Shown one piece after another: positions 38,354 through 51,861 of a stretch of 64,000 nt of DNA. The position numbers and the translations under genes were made by a program. Under the pieces are notes generated by a model. The model had not been told where the DNA came from. It was given only the letters and a program-made list of their open reading frames with translations, and did no database searches. How positions within the stretch are numbered: the stretch's first letter is position 1; the number at the start of each line of letters is the position of its first letter. Source of the DNA: Orbicella franksi (Eukaryota); contig OZ116707.1 in NCBI GenBank assembly GCA_964199315.1, positions 5,828,001 through 5,892,000 on the forward strand. Reading direction: 5' to 3'.

Positions 38354-38554
38354 TGTAATTGCATGATCTGCTGCTAAGAATTTTGGACATGATGTTTGCA
38401 ATTGCTCAACCATCAGAAGGGCTATTTTCTTGGGAAATCTTCAGAATTTCCCAGTTAAGCTTTGACCGGAACTATGCAGAACCTGAGCAATGTTCACAAA
38501 AAAATCACCGAGACTTCAAGTGATGCCCAGTAACCACAAGGGAGCTTTTAACAC

Positions 38555-38766
38555 TGTTATTACATTTGAGGTCAACTTGTATTACATTTACAGTTGGTCA
38601 GCTTGCTACATTTAGCGTTAAATTGTATTACATTTATGGTGGGGTAAATTATTACATTTACAGTTGATTTTTATTGCATTTGTGGTTAGCATTACATTTA
38701 GAGTTAATTTTTGTTACATTTACAGTTGGTATTACATTTAGCGTTGTTTATTACTTTTAGCAGTGA
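38555..38766 (+). repeat. Degenerate ~20-bp array of TTACATTT motifs
   Basis: About 10 (a/g)ttacattt(a/g) motifs, ending in gtgataca. Confidence 0.8.
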
Positions 38767-40480
38767 TACAGACCTGAACAAGTGCCTCGCTCATGGCTGG
38801 AGTGAATCTGGAGCTTCTCGATTTTTTCCCCGAAGACATCTATATATTTACAAAAATTAAATAACAATAAATATTATCACTAATGTCACTGTGTGATTTT
38901 AAAGTACAGTGCCATATTTAGCTTATCTCCATAGCATTGTTAAATGGCTAATTTAAGTGGCTTTTTTATGTAATGTTTCTGTTAAGTGAAATGTAATATT
39001 TTTTATCGTTTTGCACTATGTGTTTTTTTGGAAAAACCAAGAAGCGCTTAGAGAAATGTTTAAGCCCAAGAAAAGAAAAGAAAAGAATTGATTTAAACAC
39101 TAAACAATAACAAGCATGGATTAGGGAAATGTAATACAGTATTGTGAATAAGTAATGCAAGCGAAATGCGTGAATTTCATTCTTTGTTTTCCCGATTTTT
39201 TGCATGAAAATTCGTGCAAAAGTTCAAGCTGAAAGTCGCGACATTTTGATAGAACAAAGAGCGATTTTTCCTTGAACTTTTGTTGTCTCACTGACAAATG
39301 GTGTTATTTCGCTAGCCAGGACATGAAATTTCTCTAGAAATTCAACAATACTTCAGTAGCCTTCTTGTGAACTCCTCTATGTGATCGATACATTCAAATG
39401 GTCACGTAACTTACACAAAATATATTGTTTATTGTTCAAAACTGCACCATGAATCGAAGCTTATAACTTACAAATAGTATTATCAATCGCTTACCGGATA
39501 AAACATGCAGCTACACTGTGAAAGGTTACACGATATTTGCGAAGTCTTTTAAAACAAGTTTGCTGACTTTGAGTTGAGATATGGTGCTGCCAACACACAA
39601 GACCAACACTTACCATTTTCATAAAGTCGGCAAGCTCTGTTTGTTCCACATAAAAACGAAAACATCAGCAGTTCTTTGTGTTAAATCCACTAAAGCAAAT
39701 TGACATCAATGATCCGATAAAGCCCAAATTCTGAAGCGTGAAGGTTTGCTATGAATGCTTTCACAACGATGTACATTTGAGTAGATGCCGATCACTCAGA
39801 ACAATGTCCTTGTGTTTATTCGATCCAGTTCCCTTACAGCTGTACGCGGATCCAGCCATCACTTTGTCTCTGCCGATGAAGTAGCGGAGAAAAGCAACCG
39901 CCAGAATTACATCTGTATTCACATAACTAGTGTTGTTTGTGAATGTGTGGCTTTGCATTTTTTTTCTAAGGCTAGAAAACCAACGGTAAATTTAAGTCAA
40001 GATTCAAAAATAAGGTCGCATTTTTCGACTGCGGACAGTCTTATTACATGTGCATTGTAGCCTAAAGTCCGTTTTAAATCTAAACAAAAGAAAACTGTGA
40101 CTACATTACAGTTAACTTTTTTCATATCTGAAAAGTTCTAGAAAAAAACTATTTTTTCAATACTACAAATATAAGTTACTCTGTTGTTGAAAAAGAAAAC
40201 TCCACAGTTCAACAAAAAAAAGAAACAAAACAATGGCAATAATCTTCTTAAAGAGTTCTAATTTGTGTAAGAAACTAACAGTTTCATGTAATGTTTTACT
40301 CAAACTGTCAGCTTTAAAACACTAATTTAAAGGATCGATTACACATGCGTGTTTAATTGAAACAGTGCAAAAAAAAAGGAGGGATGTAAAACTTCACTGT
40401 GTGACCATGCAAAGGGCAGCAACTTTTGGTTAGAGAAATTAGCAGTTGCAGAAACTGCAATTTATTTTTCTCAACTTTTG

Positions 40481-40586
40481 TAGTCTGTTCTAGGCTCTCG
40501 AATAGTCGGCGGTGAGCGAGATAATTGTTCTCTCGTTCAGCCGCTTTTCTGCTCGCCCCGCCTATTTGACAGCCTGCAACAGGCGA
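40481..40586. mobile_element. Short MITE
   Basis: tagtctgttctaggctctcgaatag versus ctatttgacagcctgcaacaggcga (imperfect TIR). Confidence 0.5.
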
Positions 40587-41593
40587 TTACTTTTTGTTGG
40601 TATGCATTCAAAGTTCGGCCAATTTAATAAAGTATTCAAAGGAAATTATGGCGTGCATGTTTAGTATGTATGTTTTAAATGAAGGGATGGCTTGTTACTG
40701 TAATTCATTAAATTCTGTATTGTATAAAACACAAAGATCTGCTTTGGTCATTGACTTTTGTCAGATGTGGTGGCTCCTAAAAGAGCCGTTTTTAGCGACC
40801 TACAGTGCAATGTCCAATACACATTAGATGAAGCAGGGCACGGTGGCTCCAAAAAGAGCCGTTTTTAAAACTTGGTGGCAGCACCTTCAAACTCCACCAC
40901 AGCTAGAATGGCCTTGTGCAAAACGTGATCAATATATTTTGCACATTTCTGCGGTGTGACTTTCTACGCCCAGAATTTCTTGATGCTGTCCATCAACTCT
41001 TGTTGTTGCATGACTTCACTTTGGTCTCCAAAAAGAGCTTGAGTTCGTGCCACAAGTTCTTGATCGGGTTGAGGTCAGGACTTTCCGCGGGTGTTTTCCA
41101 CCAGTTGATGCCATTCTCCTCAAAGAAGGCCCTTGCTCGCTTAGAGGTATACTTTGGGTCATTATCTTGCATAAGACAATGATCAGGCAGCTTCTTTCTA
41201 ACAAACGGGACCAGAGTGGTTTTAAGAATGTTGCAGAAGAGAACAGCATCCATGATGCCATCAAAGATGCAAATCTTTGTGGCACCATGTCTACTAATCC
41301 CACCCCAAACATGAACTTTAACTGGATGCTTCAGCTTTGGTTTGCACTTCATCGGCTCATCGATCTTCCTGTAGCAGGTACGGCGGTACTGCTGAAGGGA
41401 AACAGAGAATTTGTCGGAGAAGATCACATTGTCAAAAGTGTCTCCACTTTCCAACACACGCCGAGCATACTCCAGTCATTTCGTCCTGTTTGGGGTTCGG
41501 ATGAGCTGACAATACGCCATCTTCTACAGAGTCCAACCAAGCTTCTTTCTCATTCTTTGCACAGTGGCTGAACATATGGAAATTCTGTATTTC

Positions 41594-44500
41594 GAATGTC
41601 AGACAACTTGCCCCCTGGACAATTAGCCCCGGACAACTCGCCCCCAATCTTCAGACAACTGGCCCCCAATATGAAAACACCTGTGTTACATTGGAAAATA
41701 TATTTTTATGCTCATAAGGTGATAAATTATGTGCAGCAAGTATGCACCATACAACTGTAAGGAAACACCTTAAATTCTTGTATTAACTTTCAGAATATAT
41801 TTTAATCGATCATTGTACTAACCATCCTCCACAGGGCCTGTGTCCAGTGGAAGGAGCACCCCATCAGCTCAGTGTCCGGCGGGACCTGGCAGACCACACT
41901 CCACATCCCCTTTTCAAAATCTAGGGTTACCTTCTTCACTCTTGGCTGGTAAGGCAGGATTGACAAAAGTGCCTCTAGGACTGATTTGTGGTCTCGCTTC
42001 TTCCTTCCTGACTTGATAACAAAACGTGAGGCAATTGTTTCACGTGGTCATCGTTCTTGACAAAGGCATTCTTGGTCCACAACTGAAAGCGGGTGACGAC
42101 AAAGTTTAAACGTTACATCCACATACCAGCTCTTTGATTTGCTAAAAACTTGCAACTGCTGGTCTGGTGCGAGTATCAAATGACGGCGTCCACATATCTG
42201 AAACACAAAGCGAATTTATTAGCCCCTTAAAGGAAAAATGTCTCACGCCTGAAAATACAAAATAATGACGTCACAGAGACCATTTGGCCACGCGCAAAAT
42301 GTTCAAAAATTTAAGGCCTCGGTGTGAATTTTTGAACCCTAAAAATAGCAAATCCTCTTCTCAAAAAGGAGGGAAACGATTGAAAATGAAATATAAGGTA
42401 TGTAAGCTATGTAAGAAATCTGGTAGTTAATTTTAGAATGCACTTTAATAAGAAAGTTTATTCTTTTCATAGCCCTTGTAAACAGTTTCCAAGAGATGAA
42501 CATTCTATCACACAGTCTTGCTAGTCTTTTCTTCGCGAAAAATTGTAATGCATGTTTAATTTTTGACTATCTCACCTTAACATCTTTGCAAAAGAAGTTA
42601 TCAGGGATGTGCTCCGTCTCCAATTCAAACTCCAAGTCTTTGGGATCTTGTGGGTGCAACTGCTCACAGAAACGGTTGGCTGTTCACTGTGGGCTGTCTA
42701 CACATGGCAGGCTGGGGCAAGGGGTGTCAGTTAATTCGCTAAGAAGGATATCGTTTACCACCGCAGAAGCAGGCCTGAAAACGTCCTTCGATGCTTCCTG
42801 TTTTATTATTGATTTGATCTTAGCAGCAACTGCTGCTCCCACTGGAGCTGCATGGTTATGGTCGTTCTTGCCAAATTCAAACACATTCTGAGATCTTTGA
42901 ATCACCATAGCGCTGCAGCGGTTACCCTGAAAAAAGTAAGAGAAGATCAGGATCAGTATTCACAGTGTTGCAAAGTAATTTGAAATCAGTAATTAAAATG
43001 TTAGCAACCGTTTGTACAGTAAAATAGTCAAGAGTAAATCATGATCAGTATTCACAGTATTGTTAACTTGCAAACTCCAAACGTTACACTCTCTGGGCAC
43101 TGGTTCAAATAACCAAACAAACAATTTCTTACCATTGGTCATACAGTGCATTACCAATCCGTGGCACTGACGTGCTGCCTTTTCACGTCATAGCTATATC
43201 CCCAACTGTCAATGAGTTTTCGTCTCCCCCTTTCACTACCACCCTCCACAGTTTCGAAGGCAAGCAGTTGGTTGACTGGTTCCACTGGTACTGGCACAGG
43301 CTCCTTGATGGATGATTCTTTGATAACTGGCTGGGCCGGGGGATCATAAACTGTGGACTGATCTGCATAGTCGGCTGATTCACCATTCACTGGAGGGTTG
43401 GTGGACTGCTCTGCAAATAAGTAGGCTGATTCATAGCTCACAGGAGGGTTGGTGAACTGATCTGTGAATAAGTTGGCTGACTCATCTCTCACTGGAGGGT
43501 TGAATTCTTCAGATAGTAAGATGTCCGTTGATGTCTCCATGACTCTGGTGCTTTCTGCGATTGGACACCTATCCAGTATCAAAAATCCTTTGTGAAATCA
43601 GGCACCAGTATTCTTGAACCACGAATGTCAACCGCAATTAAGACGTTTTCTCATTTTACTTGCCTTGGCGCTACCATGATAGGATTACTAAGTGTCTTTA
43701 CTCTTACAGAGCCGGTGAATTACTTGAAAATCTGAGCACAATCACTATTTGCGCAAAAGTACTTGTTTAGAATATTTTATCGCACGCACACTAATTCTTT
43801 GGCTGACGTTAAAAACAACCACTTGATTTAAACTTGAAACTATACTTGCGATGTTCGCCTGTCATAAAAACAAGTTTAGATGTCACTTACCAGTGTCACA
43901 GGTCCTATGATTCCATTTCAGGCAACCATTGCACTGAACACCTTGCTGCCGTTCTCTCATGGGTTCTTTACACAGTATACAATTGTTGCTTACGGAAGTC
44001 ATTCTAGTTGTTCATGTGTTGTAGTTCTCAGATGATTCTTGGTCTGTGATCAATGATTGAGTGACTGTCTTGTTAGCCTTTCAGTTTTTTTATAAACAAA
44101 TCATCTTAAACGTGATTTGTTTTTTTCATTCATTCACTTGAATAGGTGCTAAATAGGTGCTAGAGGTAAATTATGTTTTGTCTAAATATTCGTGACACTT
44201 GTTCACTTTAAGAGGCTTCATACAAAAGTTACTTTGCTCCGTACAGAAGTTGTTTTGCTCCATGTAAGAAATTAGTGAAATATTAATTGTCGTGAACTTT
44301 TTGTTTTGGACAGGTTAAGGTCGTATTCTGAATTTTCAAATAAACAAGTCTTTGAAAGGTCGGCGTGTTGTGCCGGAAAAAAGTCTCACCTTGAATTAAC
44401 AGAAGTTCACACATTATGCGTGGGTATGTGTGGCAAGAAAACAACAATACAGTTTTGTGCAACTACACAAGCAATGAATCAAATACATTTTTAATTAATA

Positions 44501-45145
44501 AAAAAGGTTTTGATGGTAGTTTATTAAACAACGTGCGTAAAGCTGTGGATGGTTTTCAAATTTTTTCAAATACGATCGCTACAACTGAATTGCAAACATG
44601 TCTAGCCTGCGAAACACTTTGTTCCTGGCCCAAGTGGCATTTCATGAGAAAACATCAGTCAGGCAAATACAATCTTGTAAGGATGTATACACTTTAATAA
44701 TATCATGGAGCGAACTGATTTTTGGTTGGGCCGAAGTGACTGGGGGCGAAATGACCATGGGGTGAAGTGACTGGATACCATGTTAACTAATAATAAGAGC
44801 ATGCGTGCATGCTTCCTGAGAGGTAAGCTGTGCTGTGTCTATCCGACATAAGCAGTTAGATCTGTTTCACTTCAGTTACTTTAAATGTTGCAGCTGGATT
44901 ACAAAATGGTCATGTTCATGTGTTTACACGATCATTACAATTGAAGGCTACAAACGTAAGTCTTGGTCTCGTAATGTACTTTAAAAAACAAACTTTCTTC
45001 TTCTTTCAAAAAATTATTACCTTATGAGCATAAAAATATATTTGTCCAACGTAACATAGGTGTTTTCATATTGGGGCCAGTTGTCTGAAGATCGGGGATG
45101 AGTTGTCTGGGGCTAATTGTCCAGGGGCTGAGTTGTCCAGATACC
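41594..45145. mobile_element. Mutator-like element (MULE), internally deleted
   Basis: ~130-bp TIRs (gacaacttgccccctggacaattagcccc...gctcataaggt and its mirror at ~45018-45145). 9-bp TSD ctgtatttc (41585-41593) / ccgtatttc (45146-45154). Confidence 0.92.
41815..44002 (-). pseudogene. MULE transposase: PHD finger + FLYWCH + DDE, 3'-truncated
   Basis: Exon 44002-43891 gives CILC..CNGC.KW.H.TC (PHD). FLYWCH motifs are KLIDSWGYSY..W / RC...HNH. MULE core WYVDVTFK and LDFE..MW..GCSFHWTQALWR. Confidence 0.85.
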
Positions 45146-48100
45146 CCGTATTTCTCCAGCTTCTTCTGGATCTGGCTGCTTGTCATCTCATCATTTTTTT
45201 GCATTTCCTGATCAATGAAAGCTTTGCTTCCTTAGACAACTTTTTAGGTCTTCCAGAATGCAGTAAATTTGCCATGGAGCCTGAAATTCATAGTTTCTTA
45301 ATGATTCGAGTAACGCTAGTGAGACTAGTCAAGCCTTCATTCTTCAAGGACCTTAATATTGCAACTGGGGTGAGACCTTGTTTGTCAAGGACCTCGATTC
45401 GAGTTCTTGTATAATCTGATACTTTTGGCATAATCTCTATTTCACAGGCTATTCGAGTGCTTGAAGGCAAATGAACGCGAAACCTGTTGTCTGTTCTATG
45501 ATACCTATAATAACAAACCTCCGCAGGGACTAGGACTACGGTGTGAAACCTCGTGTGTTATTACACAACATGTGTCGTTCTCGGCAGCTTCTCAAGTGAG
45601 TGTCAACTTTTCATAATGATACCACCCGCAAATTTTTTCTTGTCGACTAACAAGGTGAGTTTTAAAGAGAAGTTGCTCAACTTAAGACTGAATTTAAATT
45701 TGTAAACTTGTCCTGGCTGTGTTTCAGGTAGGCTCGATTTCTGCTGCTCTCTTGAGCTCCTTTCCCCAACAGCAACTGGTAATTGAGCTTGTTCCAGGCT
45801 GCGACAACACAACATCGAGAAGGATGATTCCTATTTACATCACAGCAAACTTTGCACGAAACTGCGCGAGTTTTCGCTTGAAAATTTGCTTCGAACTTTT
45901 GAGTAGAAGGAATAATCGCTCGAAAGTTCCCAGCATATTATTGCACACCGCGAACTATTGCACGAAAGTTCAGGCGGATTGAAACAATAGACGTCACGAA
46001 AATGAGGCGAAATATCGTGAATTGTCGAAGAGATTTCTTTTCCAGCGAAATTTCCTTGAAAAGCCAGGAAAAGCGCGAATTTCGCCGAAGTTTGTTTGCA
46101 TCACGTTTTCACAATACTGTAATAATTAAAAGAAAAGTAACATACCTTGAAATGCCACAAAAACGTCTGTTGCAAAACAACAGCCCACTTCACTGGCAGA
46201 CATGCACTACGCCGTAATTTTTTTTCCTGTGCAAATTAAACGAAGCTTGCCAACATGGCCACAACAGATTTCACAATACATAAAGAAAAGCAATTGAAAT
46301 ATTTTAAAGCATCAAACAGAACTTCCCTGAATTTCAATACACCTACCTTTAACACTGTTGCATTCTAAAATAATGTTAAGATGTCATCTCTAATTGAGAA
46401 GTTTCAGAATGAATGAATGAATGAATATCTGGATAAGGAAGAGTGGCTGTAATCCAAAAGCACTCTGAAACATACCATCCTGGTCTCCACTTCAGAGCCC
46501 TCATATTGCAACTCTGATGCAACTCAGAAAAGTAAAACTAACAGATTGGATTACAAAAAATCTTAGAGAATGTTTACAACTAGTCGCAACACTAGACAAA
46601 GTATCTCTCACTTTTATTCAGACACTTCAAAAAACTGCTCAATTTCATCTCCATCGTTGATCTTTATCATTCCCTCTTCCAACAGCTCTTAAATGGAAAT
46701 GTCATAGGGGTTTTGGCTGTCTTTTCTTGTTGAAAACACAGGTAAATGATGCATTTAGAACAGTTTTTATCTAGTTGGTATTGAAGCATACTTTGCCCAG
46801 GCAAAAACTATTTTTGTCCCAAGAAACTTGAAAACGTCAATAATAATAATAATAAAAAAAAACAGAGAATTACAGGAGAAAACTCAAACTTAGGATAGTT
46901 ATGCCTGACAAACCAAGGTTGCCATGGAAACAAGGCAGAGTCCATGAATAAGGCTTTTTTTGGCTCAGCTTTTTCCACCTAACTTATATACTCAGTAATA
47001 TAGCTTGTTTCAATGTATTTTGATTACTTTTCTTGTTATCAACATTTAAAGCTTCCCCCTCAACTTCCAGTACCCTGGTTACAGGGTACAAATGCTGTAT
47101 AAAATTTAGTTTCAAAACCATCAGTAGGAAAATCAATCTCTAGTTAATGGTTTGGAAATATATTTCCTTTAAATAATTTACTTTGGAATCACTGATTGGT
47201 TGTTAATTGTGTGGCTGGTGTCTAAAAATCCCTCCTAATAAGGAATTAAGACTTTGACAGGAACTCCGTAGTAGATAATTTCTCTCAAATTGTTTCGTAA
47301 AAAAGCTTCAACCTTAGTATTTTTTTCTTGATATTACTAGACTAAGGGCTGAACTTTGCAGGGATACTAAGATTTCAAGGTATAAAACATGGGCATGGAA
47401 AATATGCGGTCTGAACAACAGGCCACTTGCAGTTCCTTCCCATATGCTTTGAATAGGACCAAGTTGTGATAACAGCCACAGGCTAACGAAAAAGTCCTGT
47501 GAGCTATTGTTTTCACCCAGAAACGCCCAAGGATAGGGCATTACAAATATGGTTTCGGTTTTCCCTAAAGTTAATTTTACATTGCTAAAAGAGAGATTGA
47601 AAAGCGGCCAAAATTACACTGAAAATCAGCCTCTGGGGACCCCTGAGGGGCTGATATCCAGAACTCAGGTAAAAAAGGGTTGTTGAACCTAAACCTTTGG
47701 CATATTACAGAAGTCCACATAACAACTTGAAATCCGACCCAAAGTTATTTTAAGCCTGTTCTCGAACGTTCTAGAATGTTCTACACAATAACATCTGATA
47801 TCCTAAGTAAGATGTAAAACATGTCCTAATAAATCAACATAAGGATCAATAAGTCTTCGAATCAACAGTCCATCATCAAAATAAAAGAATGCGAATAAAC
47901 TCGCAAGCTCATAAAGCTAGAGTGAGCATGTGAGTCCCTAAAATGTCACACAATGTCACAAGTCTTCCACAAAAGCGCATTTTTATGGTTATCGTTTAAA
48001 ACTGATTTTCTACCTTGAAACAACATTAAATAGCAGATTAATTGAACGCAGAAGTAGTCCTTGAGTAACATTACGTTGAGGTTCAACATAAGTTTTTATC

Positions 48101-49719
48101 AATTTTTTTTGTTGAAAAAGGAAGGAAAGCGCACTTTTTTTTTATTTTGATCCTTCTCCACAAGGTTATAACTTGGTCAGTTTAAAAGCTCAGACCCCAA
48201 TTGTTCTAGCAGATTTGTTTTAATTCTTTGTTGTTTTAGTCCCATAATCAGAATTCTTAGAAACTAAAATGGAAGCAGACAAAAGGTCTTTAGAGTTGAA
48301 GTGCTCTGGTGCTATTGAGGGGAATCTAGGGGTACTTCCGGTACAGCTAAGACAGACATAACAAATGACTGTGAAAAATTCCTTCTCAGATGTTGAAGTG
48401 AAAATAGTGTAGCAAGCTATGTATCAAGTCTGAACTATTAATGTTAAAATGCAAAGGAACAATGAATTTTTAAAGATACTCAAATTTCATGCGTCATACA
48501 TGAGGTCCCAGTTGCTCAAGGCCTTGGAAGGGTAAGTACACGCCTTTTTTATTCCATATAATAATACTGTGTACACCCTCAGGAGACTAAATAAAAGCAA
48601 TCCAACTGTCAGGAAAGGTAGATAAGAGTATTAAGTCACTACAGATACGCTTCTTAAGTGGGAAAAAGGTAAATGCTTCTGTGTACTATCCAATCAAAGT
48701 TAAGGGTGCAATTTGAATGTCCTTATTCAAGGACCTCGTTTTCAGAACTTGAGGAGCTTTAGCTGTATGTATGAGTTAGTTAACACTAAAAGGACTCTTT
48801 GTAGTGTAAAATTGTGTAACTAGGTTCCTTTATTGATGATTTTGTGCTGTTTTATTAGTGATTTTGTGGTTAATTTATGGAAAAAATGATGTGCTTATCA
48901 CAACGTAACATCAACACTTGTTTATAATATTTATATACAGTTGCAAAGCCCTTGATGCATGTTAACAGCAGGGAAAATTTCGTTGGAAATGGTTTGATTC
49001 TCTGTGAGTTATAATTACATTAAAATTTAATCGAAGATGGCTGACTCTAAAAAAACACCAATATATACCACTGTGTAGCCTGGAAGGTGTACTATCCGCC
49101 TATTAAGTATTTTAAAGATACACTTTTTAAACCCTGCAGAGATATTTACAGTAAAAGTCTAGAGTAAATTCAGTACCAGTCTCTTACAAGGTAATTTTAC
49201 ATGAAAAGGAGGCGAAAGTTAAACTGCCAAAATCTCTAAGGGTTTTAAATGCTGCAAATTCAAATTTACTGGATACAAAGAACAACTTCTGGGCTATAGG
49301 ATGCTGGAAGGAAATTTAGTACCACTCTCTTACACGGTCAGTTTTACACAAAATCAAGGCGATACTTTAACGGTTAATATCTCTAAAGGATTTGATTTTT
49401 TTATCAGTTTTCTTTGTTTGTCCTTATAAAATTAAACAGATCACTTTTAAATAATGTACTTCAAATTCGAACTTGTAAATCATAAACACCATGACTGCTT
49501 ATAATAGTATTGTGGCAATATTTCACATTATTTGCTAGATTTAAAAACTTTTATCAGTTTCATTTAGAATAATAAGCAAAAGGGTAAGATGATTTCATTC
49601 TTTGCTACCTTTTAGCTACAATGCATTACCTTGTTTACTGTTGATTGACAACTGAGCCCTGGTCGTGAGTTGTTGAGTATTGTGCATCAAATTTTATCAG
49701 TCTTCAACTTTTATATATA

Positions 49720-50750
49720 CCAGGCGTAGCCAATCGATAAAAGTCAATATTGGAAATCAATTGATTCAATCAATATCAATCAAGATCAATCACCAAGTAC
49801 TATCAATTGATATTGGCAATGGATAACAATCCATAACTCACAGAAAACTCTCTTTGTCGATTGCCATCGATTGGCAAAAATCAATAGCAATCGATTTTTC
49901 CTGTCTTCAGGAGTATTGATTGTTATCGGTAGTCAAAAAAACTCAACAATAACCTCCCAGACTATTCAAAGATGGCTTCGTTATTGTGTAAAATAATAAC
50001 TGGAACAACGTAAGATGTTCATCTTCAGCATGCCACTGGATTATATTTTCCTTTTGGCTTACTCCGAGTTCCCTTCTCATGTTCGTTTCCTAATGCAAAT
50101 GACTGAAATCACTAGAACACTACTGACTCTGTTGTTTATTTTGCTTCATCTGCCAACACTACAATGAGACTGGAGGGTTTTACGCTGTTACTCTGACCTG
50201 CGCTTCTTCCCACATTGTAAACTAACAATGGAAGATTTAAAGTCCAAAATGATTCTGTCATTTCTGTTCTTGTTATTTTGTTGATAATTGCGCGGGTCAG
50301 AGTAGCAGCGTAAAAACCTCCAATCTCATTGTAACGTTGGCAGATGAAGCAAAATAAGCAACAGAGTCAGTAGTGTTCTAGTAATTTCAGTCATTTGCAT
50401 TAGGAAACAGACATGAGAATAGAGCTCAGAGTAGGCTATGATACAGGCCATGATTAAATGACTCAGTAAAACCATTTCAGACAGATTTTGTCAAACATTT
50501 TATCAGTGTGACTTGTAAAAGGACAAAACTAATTTCTGATAACAATTGATAATACAATGTAATTGAAACCAATCAATGAATCAATCACTATTAATAATTA
50601 CTATTGACAGTCAATAAAAATTGATAACTCGCAACATTTTCTCTTCATCGATTTTCATCGATTGCTATTGGAAATCAACATTAATCTTTGATTGATAATG
50701 ATTGTTATCAATTAATATCAATTATAGGTTTATCAATTGATTATGCCTGG
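49720..50750. mobile_element. ATCGAT/ATCAAT-rich MITE in a (TA)n site
   Basis: ccaggcgtagccaatcgataaa / tttatcaattgattatgcctgg with TA flanks. Ends resemble the element at 16696. Confidence 0.75.
50074..50418. mobile_element. Foldback-type MITE with ~125-bp arms nested in the 49720 element
   Basis: ttcctaatgcaaatgactgaaatcactagaacactactgactctgttg...ctctgacc is mirrored at ~50290-50418. Confidence 0.85.
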
Positions 50751-51017
50751 TATATATTATTCATGCAATCAGATGTAGGGGTTACTTTTTGGAATTCCAC
50801 TCAGTAGGTAAATTATAGTGATACATGTTATGATGTACCACAATGTGCCAAATAGAGATTTATTGGCTGCTGAAACAATGAGTCGATTTTTTGTTTTGCA
50901 GCTGGCAACATTCATGAATTGTAAGCTTATATTTCAAAAATAATTAATTTGAAGAATTTGAAGAATTTCACCTGACTATATCAATAGCTAAATTAGCCTA
51001 TATATACAATGATATAC

Positions 51018-51498
51018 CTGGTTCAGAAATGCTCCCTCCATAACAACTTGCCATGACCACTGGTCTTTGAATGCAGTCATCGTTCAACTGGTACACTTCT
51101 TCAGCACACACGTCAAGATCTACAGGATCACTTCTTTCCTCATCTGAAGACTCTTCACGAATGTTCCATTGAACACTTTCTTTGTTGTAGTAGAGATCTA
51201 AATGCTGCCTGTATGTCCTAGCAGAGACAAACGCTTGACAATGCTCACAGAATTTTCGTTTAGTCGACCTCAAGGATGTGCCATGTGAAGTTGTCTTGGC
51301 TCGCTTGTAAGCTGGTTGAAGAGCTAGCAACGCATACCTGGCCCTCGTCGATTGCCAGGAATGCTTAGTAATTTTCAGCTTCTCTGCCAGCTTCCAGAGC
51401 GAGTGCCCCTGTGTATGGTAGATGTGGCAGGTCTCTGGCACAAATGCCAAGAGAGCCTTGTCCTCAGCAGGGGTATATTTCCTTCTGTGCTTGCACAT
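51018..51498 (-). CDS. Exon encoding a RAP1/TERF2IP-type Myb domain followed by a CxxC..H zinc motif
   Basis: RRKYTPAEDKALLAFV...GHSLWKLAEKLKITKHSWQSTRARY, then FCEHCQAFVSARTYRQHLDLYY and an acidic tract. Open frame from ATG 51498 to a GT donor at 51017. Confidence 0.75.
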
Positions 51499-51861
51499 TT
51501 TTAAGCTTGTACAGCAAAGGACACAAAAACTAGACAACATTGAAATTGCAAAAGGAAAGACTTCTCAGTTAAGCACATACCAGAACAGATAGCCCCAGCT
51601 GCAAGCCCTTTAGTTCAATAAAACAACCTCTAAGTGTCAGATCAAGACGTCATAATCTCGTACAGTTGTTGATGGTTAAATATGCATAAAGTACACCATA
51701 AAAATGGTGAGGGTTTAGCCTAAAAAAATTAATACTGCATTTCCCTAGTGATGATTATTTTAGTGAATCTTAGCTTGATCCTGGCTTGGTTTGCACTAAA
51801 TCATAAGAAGACCACGTAACCTTGTCCATGGTCAAAAAAGGTTAAGTCTGCATGTGAATCA

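Larger units (their letters stand above)
40865..45431 (-). pseudogene. Tc1-like DD34E transposase split by a MULE insertion (45431-45146 and 41593-40865)
   Basis: MPKVSDYTRTRI...QKKLEKY joins ISICSATVQRMRKKLGW. Core motifs IFSD, VWGGIS, MQDNDPK and SPDLNPI(K)NLW, with exactly 34 residues between D2 and the E position (E replaced by K). Stops and frameshifts present. Confidence 0.9.

Noticed and set aside
40735-45600. Defined TIRs for the Tc1 element
   Set aside because: A duplicated ggtggctcc..gagccgttttta motif lies at the 3' side, but no convincing inverted partner with a TA TSD was found.
50998-51540. Host TERF2IP/RAP1 gene
   Set aside because: No BRCT upstream or RCT downstream is visible. 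The Myb is followed by a transposase-like zinc motif, so no gene symbol was assigned.
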